Part shown: positions 43,213 through 55,800 of the stretch, piece after piece
Numbering within the stretch: the stretch's first letter is position 1
Layout of the letters: each line of letters begins with the position of its first letter
Assembly: GCA_964035545.1 (NCBI GenBank)
Contig: OZ037767.1
Span: 31,698,628-31,762,627 of the forward strand
Length of the DNA stretch: 64,000 nt
Direction of reading: 5' to 3'
Source of the DNA: Bugula neritina
Lineage: Eukaryota > Animalia > Bryozoa
The notes under the pieces: model-generated
Told to the model about the DNA's origin: nothing
The model's input: only the letters and a program-made list of their open reading frames with translations
The model's database searches: none
Translations under genes and position numbers: made by a program

Positions 43213-46200
43213 TAGTGGTAGTAGTGGTAGTAGTGGTAGTAGTGGTAGTGGTAGTAGTAGTGGTAGTAGTAGTAGTGGTAGTAGTAGTAGTGGTAGTAGT
43301 AGTAGTGGTAGTGGCAGTAGTGGTAGTGGTAGTAGTAGTAGTGGTAGTAGCGGTAGTGGTAGTAGCGGTAGTGGTAGTAGTAGTAGTACTAGTACTAGTA
43401 GTAGTACTAGTACTAGTAGTAGTACTAGTACTAGTAGTAGTAGTAGCACTAGTAGTAGTAGTACTAGTAGTAGTAGCAGTAGGAGTAGTAGTTGGAGTGG
43501 TAGTGGTAGTAGTGGTAGTAGTAGTAGTACCAGTAGTAGTACCAGTAGTAGTAGTACCAGTAGTAGTAGTACCAGTAGTAGTAGTACCAGTAGTAGTAGT
43601 AGTAGTACTAGTAGTGGTAGTAATAGCATCAGCAGTAAAAGCTGGCAAGTCAGCTCTTCTAATATATATTATAGTTTAATACCAAAATTGATCTGATGAA
43701 TTATCTGTTGGTTCTATAATGTAGAAAGACGAGTTTAATGGGCATGCTCAAATCCACCCTTCCCCCTGTGATGAGACCTCTCCTCAAAGCTAAGTACTGT
43801 ATAGTGAAGATGGAGATGAAAGACAGTTTTGTCAACTCTAAGGTGATTGGATGGTGTTCACTTATGGTTGATGCAGGTTTACTCTAAGACTGTCTGTATC
43901 ATGTCACATTCACTTTGGTTATCTGTGCTGCAGATATTATCTCCTGTGCTGCAGATATCATCTCCTGTGCTGCAGATATCATCTCCTCTGACTAAGCCTT
44001 GTGAAGTGCTCGCGCTCTGCCCCGATCATGACATCATCATGCTGGACATCAAGGTTCAAGAACAGGAAGCTCTAGACGACACCTACTCTTCCTTCTACAA
44101 GGAATTCACTTCAATGAAGCTGCCTAGCCTCATTCCCCTCTATGTCTTTCTAGCCCGCTCTTCTTTGGATCTAATGCATGAGAGTCTGAGGTTACGGCTA
44201 GAGCAACATATTGAAACCCCTTCTCTGCCCATCGTACGCCAGGTAAATTACCTGCTAGCACCTTAGTCTATGTCACATCACCTGCTAGCACTTTACTCTA
44301 TGTGACATCACCTGCTAGCACCTTAGTCTATGTGACACCTGCTAGCACCTTAGTCTATGTGACACCTGCTAGCACCTTAGTCTATGTGACACCTGCTAGC
44401 ACCTTAGTCTATGTGACATCTGCTAGCACTTTACCTTATGTCACATCACCTGCTAGCACTTTAGTCTATGTCACATCACCTGCTAGCACCTTACTCTATG
44501 AGACACCTGCTAGCACCTTACTCTATGAGACATCACCTGCTAGCACTTTACCATATGTGACATCATCTGCTAGCACTTTACTCTATGTCACATCACCTGC
44601 TAGCACCTTACCCTATGTGACAGGACCTGCCAGCACGTTACTCTGTGTGTGTAATGTTTAGGTTGTACATGAATGCTCAGAAGCCGCCAAAGCCGCCATA
44701 TCAGTTAAACAGTCATATCAGTATATTCTCTCTCCCATCACAAAGAAGATGTGTATATCAGATGAGGTGATGGAGAGATACATAGACAGGTTTAATAGTG
44801 ACCTGAAGGAGGTACTCGAGGTATGGCGGTCTTTCTTCCAGTTGAATGTTTCAGTTGTCTTTATTACACTGTATGTGTGTAGGAATACATTGTCTGTGAG
44901 TAGGAATACAGTGTCTGTGAGTAGGAATACACTGTATGTGTGTAAGAATATATTGTCTGTGTGTAGGAATATTTTGACTATGTGGAATATGGTATGAAGA
45001 CAATAAGAAAGGACACAACTCCCAGCGTGCTGAAGATTTTCCTGGAAGAAGAGTGGACATTCTCCAAGGAGATCTCTCCGTACATCACTGGAGGAATGGC
45101 CGACGCCGGGAAGAGATTCTGCGGCATGTGCTCTCTGCTTCTGCAGTCCATACAGAACCAGCTGGAGCAAGAGCTCGACAAGTCGCTGTTCGACAGCAAC
45201 CCCACTGTCTACTCACCAGAGGGGCTCTCCTCCCCCCAGCCTGACGGCAGCACGTGCTGTGTAGACATCGGGGAGGGCTGTGATGGTCTGGTAGATGACA
45301 TCTGTACGACAGCGGACTACAGGTGCTCTCTTTACTCTCTGTAGCGACTACTCTCTATATTATAGTGTATAAGATATATAATTATTATAGATATATATAA
45401 TATAGATTGGATATATACTATAGATATATATGATATAGATTGGATATATACTATGTGCTACAGGCAGATGCTAATGAAGAGTTGTAGAGAAATCAAGACT
45501 CTGTTTGGTGAGATGAAGGAGTGGGCCCACAAAGCACTTGGCTTTGCTAAGTTACTCCGCAAGGACTTGGAGATAGCCGCAGAGTTCAAGGTGAATATAG
45601 AGCCTCAGGCCTTGATGACTGTGTTGGAGGCAAGTCGGCATGTGCGGGTGGTGACGGCGCACACCGCCAACTACATTATAGTCGTACCAGAGAGCATCCG
45701 AGACGACCGCCACTCTCTACAGTCTCTGCTAGACGTCACGTGTGGGCGGGAGGAGACAGTCACTGAGAACACAACTCCGGCTAGGGAAGGTGAGTCATGT
45801 GACAGAGTGTCATGTGATAGTGTGTCATGTGACAGAGTGTCATGTGGTAGTGTGTCATGTGACAGAGTGTCATGTGGTAGTGTGTCATGTGACAGAGTGT
45901 CATGTGGTAGTGTGTCATGTGACAGAGTGTCATGTGGTAGTGTGTCATGTGACAGAGTGTCATGTGGTAGTGTGTCATGTGACAGAGTGTCATGTGGTAG
46001 TGTGTCATGTGACAGAGTGTCATGTGGTAGTGTGTCATGTGACAGAGTGTCATGTGGTAGTGTGTCATGTGACAGAGTGTCATGTGGTAGTGTGTCATGT
46101 GACAGAGTGTCATGTGGTAGTGTGTCATGTGACAGAGTGTCATGTGGTAATGTGTCATGTGACAAGTCTGTACCTTCTCACTGCTGTAGGTTATATGCTG

Positions 46201-49200
46201 TTGATAAATTGTGGAGACAACTTCAAGTGGACTGGAGAAATTTTAAATGTGGAGCCAAAGACTGAGACGGCTATTGCTCTTTCTCACATTTCAGTGAGTT
46301 TACTATGCGGGGTTTACTATACACTACTGACTACACACTGTCTACTATATACTACACACTACACACTGTCTACTATATACTACACACTGTCTACTATATA
46401 CTACACACTGTCTACTATATACTACACACTGTTTACTATATACTACACACTGTCTAATATACACTACACACTGCCTACTATATACTACACACTGTCTACT
46501 ATATACTACACACTATATACTATACACTGTATAACTATACACTACACACTGTATACTATATACTACACACTGTCTACTATATACTACACACTGTCTACTA
46601 TATACTACACACTGTCTACTATATACTACACACTGTTTACTATATACTACACACTGTCTACTATATACTACACACTGTCTACTATATACTACACACTGTT
46701 TACTATATACTACACACTGTCTAATATACACTACACACTGCCTACTATATACTACACACTGTCTACTATATACTACACACTATATACTATACACTGTATA
46801 ACTATACACTACACACTGTATACTATATACTACACACTGTCTACTATATACTACACACTGTCTACTATATACTACACACTGTCTACTATATACTACACAC
46901 TGTTTACTATATACTACACACTGTCTACTATATACTACACACTGTATACTATATACTACACACTGTCTACTATATACTACACACTGTCTACTATATACTA
47001 CACACTGTCTACTATATACTACACACTGTCTACTATATACTACACACTGTCTACTATATACTATACACTATATACTATATACTACAGGTTGACGGTCTCT
47101 TCCTCATTGTGACTCACTCCTCTCAGCTGGGTCGGCAGCGTAAAGCGTTCCGTACAGTGGCAGCTGACGCTGTCGAGTTGGTGAATGAGCAGACAACTTG
47201 TCATCTGGCCATAGCGGAGGCGTGGTGTGAGCTCAGGGTGAGTCTGTGTACTTGTAATATATTACTATATTACTGGTATATATTACTATATTACTGGTAT
47301 ATATTACTATATTACTGGTATATATTACTAAATTACTGGTATGTATTACTATATTACTGGTATATATTACTATATTACTGGTATATATTACTATATTACT
47401 GGTATATATTACTATATTACTGGTATATATTACTATATTACTGGTATATATTACTATATTACTAGTATATATTACTATATTACTGGTATATATTACTAAA
47501 TTACTGGTATATATTACTATATTACTGGTATATATTACTAAATTACTGGTATATATTACTATATTACTGGTATATATTACTATATTACTGGTATATATTA
47601 CTAACATATAGTACTAGCATATAATACTGCTGAATACTGTAGACAAGTGCGTTTGACCTAGCCCGGGGAGTACAGAGTGCTATAGAGCACGTAGAGAACC
47701 AACTGGACAGCACAGACCTCCAGAGTCTGGACACCAACTCTGATAGGAAGACTATTAAAGCTGCGTATAAAGAGACGCTACACCAGTGTTACTCTTTCGG
47801 CTTTGAGTTTCTACAGGTGCATTACTCTATTCTATACTCTATTCTATACTCTACTACTCTATTCTATACTCTATTCTATACTCTACTACTCTATGCTATA
47901 TTCTACTACTCTATGCTATACTCTACTACCCTATGCTATACTCTCTATATATAAACTAATACGTCTATGCACTACTAGGAGTTCAGCAAACTAAACACCA
48001 GCTCTGGACAGGCTGCCCTTCAGAAAGACCAGGTGCTGCTTTCCTTTGCCCATCAGTGGATCAACTTTGTTCTCAACAAGTGTGAGCAGGGAAAAGGCAC
48101 TAGGCCGAGGTGTGTATATCGCCTAGTATATCGTCTAATATATCATCTAGTTTATCATCTAGTATATCGTCTAATATATCATATAGTACATCATCTAGTA
48201 TATCGTCTAGTATATCATATAGTATATCATCTAGTATATCGTCTAGTATATCATATAGTATATCATCTAGTATATCATATAGTATATCATCTAGTATATC
48301 GTCTAATATATCATATAGTATATCGCCTAGTATATCGTCTGGTATATCATATAGTATATCGCCTAGTATATCGTCTGGTATATCATATAGTATATTATCT
48401 AGTATATCATATAGTACATATAGTATTTCTATTTAGGTGGGCGAATCTGGGTTTTGATTTTCTCAGTCTGGTAACTGAACCTTCCATAACAAAGAATATT
48501 TCTGATGACGACTTTGAGGTGAGAAAAGCTTTATTTGTTGCCAAGCAACACAGAGTAAACTGACCAATCATATTTAGTGTTGTTTATATATTCAGCCACT
48601 CTGCAGATGTCTCTTATTTCCAGCACCTCAAAACTCAAGTGTTCAAAGTCATCCACCATGTGATTGGTGCTGCCAATTCTAGCAACAGCTCTCCGCGCCT
48701 CCAGAAAAAGGGGGAAGTTTTTTCCCCTCATCTCTCTTCAAACCCCTACAGGTGTGTATATATCTCTGTACACTCCTTGTAACCCATACAGGGGTGTATA
48801 TATCTCTGTACACTCCTTGTAACCCCTACAGGTGTGTGTATCTCTATACGCTCCTTGCAGGCTCCTCTCTGTTGAAAGTGGTTCTACCAGGAGACAGCTT
48901 AGCTCAAGTTCTAACAGCTCTAGAAAGTCTGTCTGCAGTGACTCCCCCACCACCCCGTATGATAGAACAGGTTAGTCTAGTGCTAAACTACAGTTTACCT
49001 AGTCTACTACAGTATGTGTGTTACAGTCAACATGTTATACTACAGTGTATATAAACATGTTGTACCACAGTGTATATAAACATTTTGTACCACAGTGTAT
49101 ATAAATGTGTTGTATTGTGTAACATGATTTCTTTTCTGTTCAGACAGTTTCAGATCTCGTACAGACTCCAGTTATAGTATTCAGTCCAACCCTTCAATAC

Positions 49201-50323
49201 CAGGTATTGTTATTCAGTATCCCACCTCTACACTCTACAGTAATATATATTATACTATACAGTATCCCATACCATATTATACTATACAGTATCCCATAGC
49301 TCTCTGTCTCTCTGTGTGTCTCTCTGTGTGTCTGTCTGTGTGTCTCTCTGTCATCAATTGTAATCAATTGGGTATTTCCAGGGCTGGTGTCGCGCTCCAG
49401 TGGTGAAAGATACACTTTCTGCCCAGTTAGTCCTCCATCTTCTAGTAGCCATGGTAACCATTTAACTCACCTGTGTGTTGTGTAGTTTCTCTTTACCTGT
49501 GTGTTGTGTAGTTTCTCTTTACCTGTGTGCTATCTCTTTACCTCTGTGCTCTCTCTTTATGCATGTAGTTTCTCTTTACGTGTGTAATTTCTCTACGTGT
49601 GTATTTCATCTTGCATACTTCACTTCGCTTGATCATTCCGAATTGCTTTCTTGCTTTAGTACCTTCATAAAAGCATATACATGTGACAGTATATACACGT
49701 GACAGTATATACATGTGACAGTATATATATGTGACAGCATATACATGTGACAGTATATACATGTGACAGTATATACATGTGACAGTATATACATGTGACA
49801 GTATATACACGTGACAGTATATATATGTGACAGCATATACATGTGACAGTATATACATGTGACAGTATATACGTGTGACAGTATATACATGTGACAGTAT
49901 ATACATGTGACAGTATATACTTGTGACAGTATATACGTGTGACATTACATACATGTGACAGCATATAGATGTGACAGTATATACATGTGACAGTATATAC
50001 TTGTAGTAACAGAATTTATGTGATGTTCTGCAGAAATGCCGTCGTTCCCTGCAGACATGCTGCCTCCTGAGAGAGTGCAGGCAGCAGTCAGCTTATTGGA
50101 CAGGAGCAGAGATAGGTCACTCTACGAGAAGAAGGTCATAGGTCATGTGACTGAAGGTCATCACTCTACCAACATGGTGCGGATAAATGTGCGAAGAGTT
50201 AATTTTAAGTGGCAGCGAGGAACTAAAATAGGTAATTATTATATTATATATCCTTTATATTATATGTCTTTTATGTTATATATCCTTTACATCATCTACC
50301 GCTATATTATATACTAGTTATAT

Positions 50324-50381
<58 letters not shown>

Positions 50382-51841
50382 CGCAGGAGAAGGCCAGTTT
50401 GGAGTTGTCTACACAGCAGTGAATTGCGACACAAACTGTATGATGGCCATGAAGGAAGTAAGTAAACTGATCTTTCTACCAGATGTTACTCTCCCTACCC
50501 TCAGTACTCTCAGTACCCTCACTACCCTCACTACCCTCAGTATCCGCAGTACTCTCACTACCCTCAGTACTCTCACTACCCTCAGTACTCTCACTACCCT
50601 CAGTACTCTCACTACCCTCAGTACTCTCACTACTCTCAGTACCCTCACTACCCTCAGTACCCTCACTACTCTCACTACCCTCAGCATCATCTACTAACTA
50701 CAAGTTCCTTTGTATTCTTGTAGTTGAGGTTTCAGCCGAATGACGTGCAAACAATCAAACTGATAGCTGATGAGTTGAAGACCTTTGAGGGCATTAATCA
50801 CCCCAACCTCGTTAAATACTACGGAATTGAAGTGCACAAGGTCTACATCAGCATGTGACATACTTTACTTGTTGTGTAATATATTACACTTGTTACGTAA
50901 TATATTACACTTGTTACGTAATATATTACACTTGTTGTGTAATATATTATAATTGCTATGTAATATATTATACTTGTTACGTAATATATTACACTTGTTA
51001 CGTAATATATTACACTTGTTACGTAATATATTATAATTGTAGGAGGAGATATTCATATTCATGGAATACTGCGCTGAAGGCACTTTAGAAGAAATGGCTA
51101 AGATTGGACTCAACGAGTCCATTATCAGACGGTATACACGGGAACTGGTGATAGCCATTGAGTATCTCCACGAACACAATATTGTCCACAGAGATATCAA
51201 AGGGGCCAACATCTTTCTGGTTGAAAACAATAAACTGAAACTGGGAGACTTTGGCTGTTCGGCTAAACTCAAAGAGCACACGACAATACCCGGAGAAATG
51301 GTTGCCTTCGTTGGCACCGCTGGTTAGTGTTGATGACTGTCAGCTAGGAGTTATCTTCTATGTATTGGCTGTATTAATGTGGAGTTATCTTCTATGTATT
51401 GGCTGTATCAATGTGGAGTTATCTTCTTGCAGCATTTATGGCCCCCGAGGTCATCACACAGAAAGGTCACGGCAGAGCTGCAGATATCTGGAGTCTCGGT
51501 TGTGTTGTTATTGAAATGGTGACCGGTAAACGACCTTGGCATGAAATGGACAACATGCATCAGATCATGTTCAAGGTGAGTGTGGCTCGTGCTGCCAGCC
51601 CCATCATCACACAATATACAAACTGAAGCATTTGTTTGTTAGTCCAACATTTCAGCAGATCTTTGTCGTTTAGGTTGGAATGGGCAACACACCTCCCATA
51701 CCAGAGAACTTTCACCAGGAAGGTAAGGATTTCCTGTCCTGTTGCTTCGAGGTTGAGCCAGCCAATAGGAGCGCAGCAAATGTGTTGGTTGGTCATACGT
51801 TCCTGAAGGTGTCCACTGAAGAAGATGACTACAGAGTTTAG
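36777..51841 (+). CDS. MAP3K4: Mitogen-activated protein kinase kinase kinase 4 (MEKK4); 31 coding exons, ~1577 aa
   Basis: Exons: 36777-36853, 36983-37126, 37397-37531, 38433-38543, 38718-38872, 39021-39180, 39441-39557, 40983-41160, 41714-41815, 42274-42432, 42510-42691, 43725-43842, 43976-44242, 44662-44820, 44967-45322, 45464-45789, 46190-46293, 47088-47237, 47643-47816, 47979-48109, 48437-48518, 48624-48751, 48861-48970, 49144-49203, 49382-49453, 50034-50231, 50387-50457, 50724-50840, 51043-51322, 51433-51575, 51674-51841. C-terminal STE kinase: FKWQRGTKIGEGQFGVVY, MAMKE, HRDIKGANIF, KLGDFG, GTAAFMAPE, GHGRAADIWSLGCVVIEMVTGKRPW. MEKK4-type N-terminal motifs: KALGFAKLLRKDLEIAAEF and KCEQGKGTRPRWA. 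The N-terminal exons and start codon are less certain. Confidence 0.93.
37130..37385. repeat. Intronic minisatellite, 22-bp unit tgtgctataactagtagtaata
   Basis: Tandem array. Confidence 0.93.
37570..38370. repeat. Intronic minisatellite, 23-25-bp unit gtatagttagatatagtatagttgt
   Basis: Tandem array with two variant blocks. Confidence 0.95.
39560..40982. repeat. Intronic minisatellite, ~16-17-bp unit tatacttatacactgta
   Basis: 1.4-kb array whose last unit provides the acceptor atacag. Confidence 0.97.
41170..41695. repeat. Intronic minisatellite, 16-bp unit tatactctacctgat(g/a)
   Basis: Tandem array. Confidence 0.96.
41900..42265. repeat. Intronic minisatellite, 24-bp unit gtatgttacacactattctatgtt
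   Basis: Tandem array. Confidence 0.96.
42705..43625. repeat. Compound (GTA/GTG)n trinucleotide microsatellite, ~0.9 kb
   Basis: Lies in MAP3K4 intron 42692-43724 and generates the poly-V, poly-T and poly-L pseudo-ORFs. Confidence 0.98.
44248..44645. repeat. Intronic minisatellite, ~27-30-bp unit cacctgctagcaccttagtctatgtgaca
   Basis: Tandem array filling the intron. Confidence 0.93.
45793..46163. repeat. Intronic minisatellite, 30-bp unit catgtggtagtgtgtcatgtgacagagtgt
   Basis: About 12 near-perfect copies of a dimer of 15-mers. Confidence 0.98.
46310..47085. repeat. Intronic minisatellite, 21-bp unit tactacacactgtctactata
   Basis: Tandem array with an internal higher-order duplication. 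Confidence 0.96.
47255..47605. repeat. Intronic minisatellite, 21-bp unit tattactatattactggtata
   Basis: Tandem array. Confidence 0.96.
48112..48425. repeat. Intronic 12-bp repeat tatatc(a/g)tctag
   Basis: Tandem array. Confidence 0.92.
49675..50000. repeat. Intronic 16-bp repeat atatacatgtgacagt
   Basis: Tandem array. Confidence 0.95.
50488..50690. repeat. Intronic 9/18-bp repeat ctcactaccctcagtact
   Basis: Tandem array. Confidence 0.93.
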
Positions 51842-52112
51842 CTGTAGAGAAGGTGTAAACCACAGAGTTTAGCTGTAGAGAAGGTGTAAACCACAAAGTC
51901 TAACTATAGAGAAGGTGTAAACTACAGAGTCTAACTATAGAGAAGGTGTAAACCACAAAGTCTTACTATAGAGAAGGTGTAAACCACAAAGTCTAACTAT
52001 AGAGAAGGTGTAAACTACAGAGTCTAATTGTAGAGAAAATGTAAACTACAGAGTCTAACTATAGAGAAGGTGTAAACTACAAAGTCCAACTGTAGAGCTG
52101 TAAACTACAGAG
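51828..52112. repeat. 3'UTR minisatellite, 31-bp unit beginning in the last MAP3K4 codons
   Basis: Unit actacagagtttagctgtagagaaggtgtaa; the first unit overlaps TAC AGA GTT TAG. Confidence 0.93.
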
Positions 52113-52863
52113 GTTTTGTATGCAATCTGCAGAAATACACTTCCAACAGCCAATATTTGTTGCAGGTTACTCATTGTGAGTTTTCTTCAATGTTATGAAG
52201 TAGAATTTGAAATGATCGGACTCCACCCACATATTTCACTATTTATGATTAGTATGTTTGGAGCATATTATGTAATTACGTATTTGTATATATTGAGTTA
52301 TGATCACCCTCCGAGTTACCATGTAATATCTATATTATGTTTTGCATGATTATTTTAGCTATTTACAACTTTACATTCTATTTTACTACGCAGTATTTGC
52401 TAAATATTCTGATGGTGTATTAGTTTAGATAATTATCTCTATGCAGTGGCTTGAATTGAACCTTGTGCATCCACAACCCACCAACATATCTACAGTAGCA
52501 TGTCTAGCGTACAGCATATCTAGCAAGTCGCTGCCTAACTACAGCACATCAGCTACTAATGAAAAGTGTTCACTTAGCCACAGCATAAGGTGTCCGTTTA
52601 TATCCCTGCAGATGTCCGTTTATATTACATTTTCCAGTTTCTGTAAACATATCAACTTTATATTTGATAAAATAATAAAATGATTTCATTCAAGTAACTA
52701 AAAGTTAACATCATTATAAAATATACAAAAAATAGAATTTACTAATTTCATGTCTGGATGATAAAAAATGAGCCACAAACCACAAAGCTTTCATTTATTA
52801 TGCTGATTAGGAGATAAAAATAAATAGAAAATGTAAGTATCAGAGGGGGCAGTGAAGGGGTCT

Positions 52864-55800
52864 TCAGACAAAACTTTCGTTATGCTTGGAGCACATGAGA
52901 TAAGAGTCCATGATCTTCGGGTGAACCAACTGCCTGATGTCGGGGGTGGACAAGGGGCCCTCCCCGCACACAGACACCAGTTTCCTCAGAGCTGCCTGCA
53001 ACCAATGAGAGAGCATGACCTATATCTGACAGACCAATGAAACAGCATGACAGACCAATGAAACAGCATGACACATCCCTAGAGACTTACCAGAGATGCG
53101 ACCAGCACCACGTCACTTCCATTCCTGGCACCAGAGTCTTTGCACAGCTGGACCAGCCTCTGCATACCGCCTTTGGACACAATACTCTGAGCATTGGGAG
53201 GGTCCTTAGCCAGTCTCGTCAGAGCAATGGCTGACTTCTGGTGAACTCTCTCACACGCTGCCAGCTCGGCCTCCGTCAGCTTAGCATTTGGTCTGATGTT
53301 GAGAAAATTCACAAGAAGGGAGAGGCCTTCGTTGTCAACGATATCAGTAAAACAGGAAGTGCTTTGCGCCATGTTGGCGAGAACTGTGACGATCTGAAAG
53401 AGAGACGTGTTCCGTATCATACGACTACCACACACCTACTATACGACTACCACACAGCTACTATACGACTACCACACAGCTACTATACGACTACCACACA
53501 CCTACTATACGACTACCACACACCTACTATACGACTACCATACAGCTACTATACGACTACCACACAGTTACTATACGACTACCACACAGCTACTATACGA
53601 CTACCATACACCTACTATACGACTACCACACACCTACTATACGAGTACCACACAGTTACTATACAACTACCACACACTTACTATACGACTACCACACAGC
53701 TACTATACGACTACCACACAGCTACTATACGACTACCACACACCTACTATACGAGTACCACACAGTTACTATACGACTACCACACACCTACTATACGACT
53801 ACCACACACCTACTATACGAGTACCACACAGTTACTATACAACTACCACACACCTACTATACGACTACCACACAGTTAGTATACGACTACCACAAAGCTA
53901 CTATACGACTACCACACACCTACTATACGACTACCACACAGTTAGTATACGACTACCACAAAGCTACTATACGACTACCACACACCTACTATACGACTAC
54001 CACAAAGCTACTATACAACTACCACACAGCTACTATACGACTACCACAAAGCTACTATACGACTACCATACAGCTACTATACGACTACCACACACCTACT
54101 ATACGACTACCACACAGCTACTATACGACTGTTACACATTATCTAGAGAGACATGTATACCTGATCTTTAGCAAACAGAGAGTCGGCCTTGTGTAGAGTA
54201 CACGACTCCACCAGCACCATAACCGTGTGGTACTGGAGGAGGTAGTCGGAGGAGAGCGGGTCCATGAATGTTATGTTGGCTATGGCTGCAGCTCCCAGCA
54301 AAAACACTTCATGAGACGAGGCGTTGAGACATAACCCTGGAGATAAGCACAAGTTTTAGAGAACTGAGTCTACACTGTACACAGTAGTAGGAGTATTTAC
54401 ACTGTACACAGTAGTAGTAGTATATACACTGTACACAGTAGTAGTAGTAGTATATACTGTACACAGTAGTAGTAGTATGTACACTGTACACAGTAGTAGT
54501 ATATATACACTGTACACAGTAGTAGTAGTATATACACTGTACACAGTAGTAGTAGTATATACACTGCACACAGTAGTAGTAGTATATACACTGTACACAG
54601 TAGTAGTAGTATATATACTGTACACAGTATTAGGAGTAGTAGTATAATATAAAATACAAGATGGCGCAAGGCGTACCTGTGAGGGAACGGACGAGATCTT
54701 CCATGTGCTCGATGAAGCCACTGATGTGCTGGTAGTGGTCGAGGTTGGGGGAGGTGATTTGCGCGACGACCCCGGCAGCTTCTGACCTCACCATCTCCGT
54801 GTATCTGTCAGCACCGAGTATGTCTGAGAGACACTCTACTCCATTCAACTGCAACGTGTAATATATAGTATAGTAATATATAGTATAGTAATATATAGTA
54901 TAGTAATATATAGTATAGTAATATATAGTATAGTAACATATAGTATAGTAATATATAGTATAGTAATATATAGTATAGTAATATATAGTATAGTAATATA
55001 TAGTATAGTAATATATAGTATAGTAATATATAGTATAGTAATATATAGTATAGTAATATATAGTATAGTAATATATAGTATAGTAATATATAGTATAGTA
55101 ATATATAGTATAGTAATATATAGTATGTAATATATAGTGTAGTAATATATAGTGTAGTAATATATAGTATAGTAACATATAGTATGTAATATATAGTATA
55201 GTAATATATAGTATAGTAATATATAGCGTAGTAATATATAGTATAGTAATATATAGTATAGTAATATATCACATAGTAATACCTACAGTGTAATATGATA
55301 ATACTGACATAGTAATATATCAACAATCAGGAGAAGAAAACTAACACACAAGTACCTCTTCTAGTTCTATTATGCTTTTAGACACGCAGCATAGAGTAGC
55401 GATTGCGCGTAGACTTTGAGCTCTAACAACTTCCAGTATCTCTTCTCTACAGAGATCAAATAGTTTGTGTATTCCTCCTTCCTGAAATAAAACGAATTTA
55501 ATAAACTGTAACACACACAGTGTAACACATACAGTGTACTCCGTGTAACTTACCCTATCTATTATGTAACTTACCCTATCTATTATGTAACTTACTCTGA
55601 ATATTATATAACTTACTCTGGCTATTATATAACTTACTCTGGCTATTATATAACTTACTCTGGCTATAATGTAGCACATATATTCTCCTTCTAGCCCGAG
55701 GTTGATTAAATGCCCCACAGTAGAAGTGAGGCAGTGAGTGGAAGACACCCGCGAGTCCAGAGTCTCCAGAAGCACCTGCACCTGTACACTGAGTACCATG

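Noticed and set aside
42606-43679. Poly-Val, poly-Thr (mucin-like) and poly-Leu ORFs
   Set aside because: Frames of a (GTA/GTG)n microsatellite inside a MAP3K4 intron.
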